Shown here: positions 47,056-50,436 of the stretch, piece after piece
Numbering within the stretch: the stretch's first letter is position 1
Layout: every line of letters starts with the position of its first letter
Assembly (NCBI GenBank): GCA_964345725.1
Contig: CAYFSE010000098.1
Span: 1-50,436 of the forward strand
DNA from: an uncultured Dehalococcoidales bacterium
GTDB taxonomy: Bacteria; Chloroflexota; Dehalococcoidia; GIF9; AB-539-J10
Direction of reading: 5' to 3'
Length of the DNA stretch: 50,436 nucleotides
Notes under the pieces: model-generated
The model's database searches: none
What the model saw: only the letters and a program-made list of their open reading frames with translations
What the model was told of the DNA's origin: nothing
Position numbers and translations under genes: made by a program

Positions 47056-48351
47056 ATGAACAAGCAAAGGCAGGTTCCCATCATCTACAACTTATTCCCT
47101 CGTTTGGCAGGGACTATGACTGATTGGCTCCGGCACGCACCTCGGATCGCAGAAATGGGGTTCAACTGGCTGTACATCAACTCAATTCATTACCCAGGGT
47201 TTTCTGGCAGCTTATATGCTGTGAAGCACCATTACCGGGTTAATCCACAGTTCTTGCCTCCTGATACAGGGAAGGACGACTTGTTTGTCTTAGAGCAAAC
47301 TCTTCGACAATTCCAGGATTCAGGCCTTTGGCCTATGATGGACTTGGTCATCAACCATAGTTCACGCGACTGCCCCTTGATTTGCGAACACCCGGCATGG
47401 TATGCCCACAATGAGCACGGTGAAATCGTTAGTCCTTTCGCCCGGGATGCCGATGACCCGGAGAAAGTGACGGTGTGGGGTGACCTGGCAGAGATAGATA
47501 ACGCAGGCTCAAGTGATAGGGAAGGCCTCTGGGCTTACTGGGTAGACCTTGTGAAGTGCTACCTTCGGCTGGGATTCAAAGGCTTCCGATGTGATGCAGC
47601 GTACAAAATACCTGCTGCCCTATGGCGCTATCTTGTCGAGGAAGCAGCAAGTATTGACCGGGAGACGATGTTTTTTGCTGAAACACTGGGATGCACCGAG
47701 GAAGAAACCCTGGCGCTGCATGATGCCGGGCTGCATTACCTATTTAATAGTTCTAAGTGGTGGGACTTTGTCCAGCCGTGGTGTCTGGAGCAGCATGAGA
47801 AGTTCGGCAAGATTGCCCCATCGATTTCCTTTCCCGAGAGTCATGATACGAATCGCCTTGCGGCTGATACGGGTGGAGATGAGGCTGTACAGCGTCAGCG
47901 CTACGCCTTCGCCGCATCATTCTCCGCCGGACTTATGATGCCTATTGGCTACGAGTTTGGCTTCAAGAGGAAACTAGACGTCGTTTCCACTCATCCTGCA
48001 GATTGGGAGACAGTCTCGTTCGACCTCCAGAGATTCGTGAAACGAGTCAACGAACTCAAGATAGAAAACCCTCTGCTCCATGGTGAAGGGGAACTAAGGA
48101 TGATCACAAGCGATGGGAGCACGCTTGTATTAGAACGACGTTCAGAACAGGCTTCTGGGCAGCAAGCTTGGGTCGTGGTAAACAAAGGTACAGACAAACA
48201 TACAACAGTAAACCTCGATGGCATTGCCCTCAGCCACCGGCACCGCTTGCATCGCATTTGCCGGGGCGAAAACGGGTCGCCTGAACTGACGGTCTCGGGA
48301 CGGGCCATTGTGCTTGATCCCGCCGAAGTGATACTGATCTTGGATTCTTAA
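47056..48351 (+). CDS. Compact GH13 alpha-amylase-family enzyme, GlgE-like catalytic core, specificity unknown
   Basis: GH13 regions DLVINHSS, GFRCDAAYKIP, FFAETLG and FPESHD are present. The N-terminus IIYNLFPRLAG...MGFNWLYINSIHYPG parallels GlgE WYEMFPRS...MGFDVLYLPPIHPIG. The track ORF begins at 47008, and ATG 47056 is preferred. Confidence 0.8.
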   Translation: MNKQRQVPIIYNLFPRLAGTMTDWLRHAPRIAEMGFNWLYINSIHYPGFSGSLYAVKHHYRVNPQFLPPDTGKDDLFVLEQTLRQFQDSGLWPMMDLVINHSSRDCPLICEHPAWYAHNEHGEIVSPFARDADDPEKVTVWGDLAEIDNAGSSDREGLWAYWVDLVKCYLRLGFKGFRCDAAYKIPAALWRYLVEEAASIDRETMFFAETLGCTEEETLALHDAGLHYLFNSSKWWDFVQPWCLEQHEKFGKIAPSISFPESHDTNRLAADTGGDEAVQRQRYAFAASFSAGLMMPIGYEFGFKRKLDVVSTHPADWETVSFDLQRFVKRVNELKIENPLLHGEGELRMITSDGSTLVLERRSEQASGQQAWVVVNKGTDKHTTVNLDGIALSHRHRLHRICRGENGSPELTVSGRAIVLDPAEVILILDS

Positions 48352-48387
48352 CGAGCCGATGTTAATATTCTGTGAGAAAAGCAGAGT

Positions 48388-49911
48388 ATGAGCTTTCCCA
48401 GAGCAAGCGGCACGCTGCTACACCCGACCTCGCTTCCAGGTCAATTTGGCATAGGAGACTTGGGAAAGGAGGCTTATCAGTTCGCAGATTTTCTGGCTAG
48501 CACCGGGCAACGTCTTTGGCAGGTTTTGCCTCTAGGCCCCACCGGCTATGACAATTCTCCGTATCAATGCCTTTCGGTCTTTGCTGGCAACCCACTGCTC
48601 ATAAGTCTGCAAAGCTTAGTCGAGAATAAGTTCCTAGAACTTGCTGATTTGGAAAATACGCCCTTCTTTCCTAAAGGTGAAATTGACTATGGTTCGGTCA
48701 TCGAGTTTAAGATGCCCTTGTTGAAAAAGTCATTTGAGACTTTCGGAAGGAAAGCTACTCCAAGTGAGCGTGAACAGTTCGAGTTTTTTTGTCAACAGAA
48801 TGCCTCCTGGCTTGAAACTTATTCCTTGTTCATGGCGTTGAAAGATGCTCACAGTCTTGCCGCTTGGAACACTTGGGAGGAAGATATCCGGCAGCGTCAC
48901 CCGAAGTCTCTCGAACACTGGAGCAGGAAGCTGACCCACGAGATCGACTGCCACAAATACCAGCAGTACCAGTTTTTTCAACAGTGGTCCGAACTAAAGA
49001 AATATTGTAATGAGCATGGTATCAGACTCATCGGGGACGTGCCCATATTCATTGCCCTTGATAGTGCTGAGGTCTGGTCACATCCGGAAATGTTCTATCT
49101 GGATGAGAGCGGCAGGCCAACCGTGGTGGCCGGAGTGCCACCGGACTACTTCAGTACGACAGGACAATTGTGGGGAAATCCTCTCTATCGCTGGGATGTG
49201 ATGGCTAAGGATGGCTATGAATGGTGGATTGAACGCTTTCGGGCAACACATGCCTTGGTAGACATCATCAGGCTGGACCATTTTCGGGGCTTCGAAGAAT
49301 ACTGGGAAGTTCCAGGGACAGATACCACTGCTATGAATGGCCGGTGGGTTCCCGGACCGGGGTTTGAGCTCTTTGAAGCCGTGCGCAAGACATTGGGCAC
49401 CCTACCCATTATTGCCGAGGACCTAGGGGTAATCACACCAGAAGTAGACGCACTTAGAGATGAACTCACTTTTCCGGGGATGCGGGTTCTCCAGTTTGCC
49501 TTTGGCAGTGATCCCAAAGCTGATGACTACAAGCCCCATAACTACCCACGCAACTGTGTTGTGTATACCGGCACCCATGACAACAATACAACCATTGGCT
49601 GGTTCAGCGGAAAAGATGTCAAAGACCGCACTCAGAACAAAGAAGAAAGGAAACGAGAGAAACAGTCCACCTTGAAGTATCTGGGCACGGATGGGCACGA
49701 CGTGAATTGGGACTTCATCCGCCTGGCTTTGATGTCTGTTGCCGATACCGCCATCATCCCTATGCAAGACATTTTGGGATTAGGCAGCGAAGCTAGGATG
49801 AATCTTCCAGGCAGAGCGGAAGGGAACTGGCGCTGGCGTTTTGTGCCTGCTATGCTGACAGCGGGAATTAAACGAAGACTAAAGGAACTAGTTGCACTCT
49901 ATGGCCGGTAA
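48388..49911 (+). CDS. malQ: 4-alpha-glucanotransferase (amylomaltase, GH77)
   Basis: 507-aa ORF with RASGTLLHPTSLPGQFGIGDLG, IGDVPIF, IRLDHFRGF and YTGTHDN. Confidence 0.92.
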   Translation: MSFPRASGTLLHPTSLPGQFGIGDLGKEAYQFADFLASTGQRLWQVLPLGPTGYDNSPYQCLSVFAGNPLLISLQSLVENKFLELADLENTPFFPKGEIDYGSVIEFKMPLLKKSFETFGRKATPSEREQFEFFCQQNASWLETYSLFMALKDAHSLAAWNTWEEDIRQRHPKSLEHWSRKLTHEIDCHKYQQYQFFQQWSELKKYCNEHGIRLIGDVPIFIALDSAEVWSHPEMFYLDESGRPTVVAGVPPDYFSTTGQLWGNPLYRWDVMAKDGYEWWIERFRATHALVDIIRLDHFRGFEEYWEVPGTDTTAMNGRWVPGPGFELFEAVRKTLGTLPIIAEDLGVITPEVDALRDELTFPGMRVLQFAFGSDPKADDYKPHNYPRNCVVYTGTHDNNTTIGWFSGKDVKDRTQNKEERKREKQSTLKYLGTDGHDVNWDFIRLALMSVADTAIIPMQDILGLGSEARMNLPGRAEGNWRWRFVPAMLTAGIKRRLKELVALYGR

Positions 49912-50048
49912 CTACAGTTTGAAGGTCTGAATCAGAAGGTCTATCAAGCCAAAGGGACGAACCTGCAGTTGGGAACTAAGCCAACCTGAGCACAATAGGC
50001 AATGATACTGTGCCTTTGGTGAATCCAGTATTATGTCAAACAGAACCA

Positions 50049-50077
50049 TTGATTATTATACTTGTTGATAGTATACT
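50049..50077 (+). promoter_or_regulatory. Candidate sigma70-type promoter upstream of dnaN (TTGATT-17 nt-TATACT)
   Basis: TTGATT at 50049-50054, a 17-nt spacer and TATACT at 50072-50077. The SD GGGGGAGG at 50093-50100 precedes ATG 50107. Confidence 0.4.
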
Positions 50078-50106
50078 TTCACTATACACAGAGGGGGAGG
50101 TATTCG

Positions 50107-50436
50107 ATGAAACTGTCTTGTCTTCAAGAAAACCTAAACAGGGGCCTAAACATCGTAGGGAGAGCCGTAGCCACTAGGTCCACTTTGCCTATTACGCAAA
50201 ACATTCTTCTGTCTGCTGAGCAATCGCGTCTCAAGTTGGCAGCCACTAACTTGGAAATGGCTATCACGTGCTGGATTGGGGCCAAGGTGAAACAAAAGGG
50301 GGAGATAACCGTCCCCGCTCGCCTCCTCACTGACTTCGTTAATTCATTGCCCAATGACTCAATTGAAATGAATCTTCCCGCAAGCGGTCGTATTCTGGAA
50401 CTCAAGAGCGGCCACTTTCAGGCACATATTCATGGC
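50107..50436 (+). CDS. dnaN: DNA polymerase III beta sliding clamp, 5' partial (runs off the window)
   Basis: Not in the ORF track because there is no stop. My translation is MKLSCLQENLNRGLNIVGRAVATRSTLPITQNILLSAEQSRLKLAATNLEMAITCWIGAKV...TVPARLLTDFVNSLP, the typical DnaN N-terminus. It is open for 110 codons to the window end. Confidence 0.9.
   Translation, partial: MKLSCLQENLNRGLNIVGRAVATRSTLPITQNILLSAEQSRLKLAATNLEMAITCWIGAKVKQKGEITVPARLLTDFVNSLPNDSIEMNLPASGRILELKSGHFQAHIHG

Noticed and set aside
1-50436. Global reassignment of TAG to a sense codon.
   Set aside because: About ten genes (for example acyP, rnc, mutL, glgP, both short GH57 genes) end with TAG where homologues of normal length end. 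Reading through would add unrelated tails.
1-50436. CRISPR arrays, IS elements, integrases, toxin-antitoxin pairs or known defence-system genes.
   Set aside because: No direct-repeat/spacer periodicity, terminal inverted repeats, transposase or recombinase motifs were seen. The only repeats are intragenic domain duplications (PAS, GH57, NDFxxW) and the duplicated promoter element.

Overview
This is a 50.4-kb chromosomal window from an unidentified bacterium. It holds about 40 tightly packed protein-coding genes. I could not recognise any rRNA, tRNA, CRISPR array, transposase or integrase by eye. The gene content suggests an anaerobe: a tungsten-type aldehyde:ferredoxin oxidoreductase, an Fe-alcohol dehydrogenase, a PflX-like radical SAM enzyme and several GH57 genes. 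The lineage cannot be assigned without a database search. Bases 1-18.0 kb carry signalling genes (a multi-PAS histidine kinase and a REC/HD-GYP regulator), housekeeping genes (pepA, rnc, acyP, an amidase, pcrA, mutL) and an ADH-AOR operon. Bases 18.2-49.9 kb form a roughly 32-kb alpha-glucan/trehalose supercluster. It starts with three tandem GH57-family genes. On the minus strand follow corA, a single-pore-loop/RCK_C membrane protein and a small NDFxxW-domain protein. Next is an 18-kb co-directional array: glgP-glgC-glgA-mscS(fusion)-treT-otsA-otsB-glgE-treS/mak-glgB. After that come a convergent pyk / LacD-family aldolase / ROK glucokinase module, a compact GlgE-like GH13 gene and malQ. The window ends in the 5' part of dnaN. 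Four observations stand out. (1) An uncharacterised NDF(S/A)xW domain occurs three times, always next to or fused to ion channels. Two copies are fused to an MscS channel that is translationally coupled to treT, and one is a stand-alone gene downstream of corA and a quarter-KtrB-like channel. (2) A three-gene GH57 cassette includes a divergent third member. (3) Two unrelated genes are each interrupted by an in-frame TAG, while TAG still terminates about ten normal genes. (4) A conserved promoter/leader element of about 37-75 bp is duplicated upstream of the amidase gene and the ADH-AOR operon. All functional calls rest on motif recognition by eye, and none has been verified by search.
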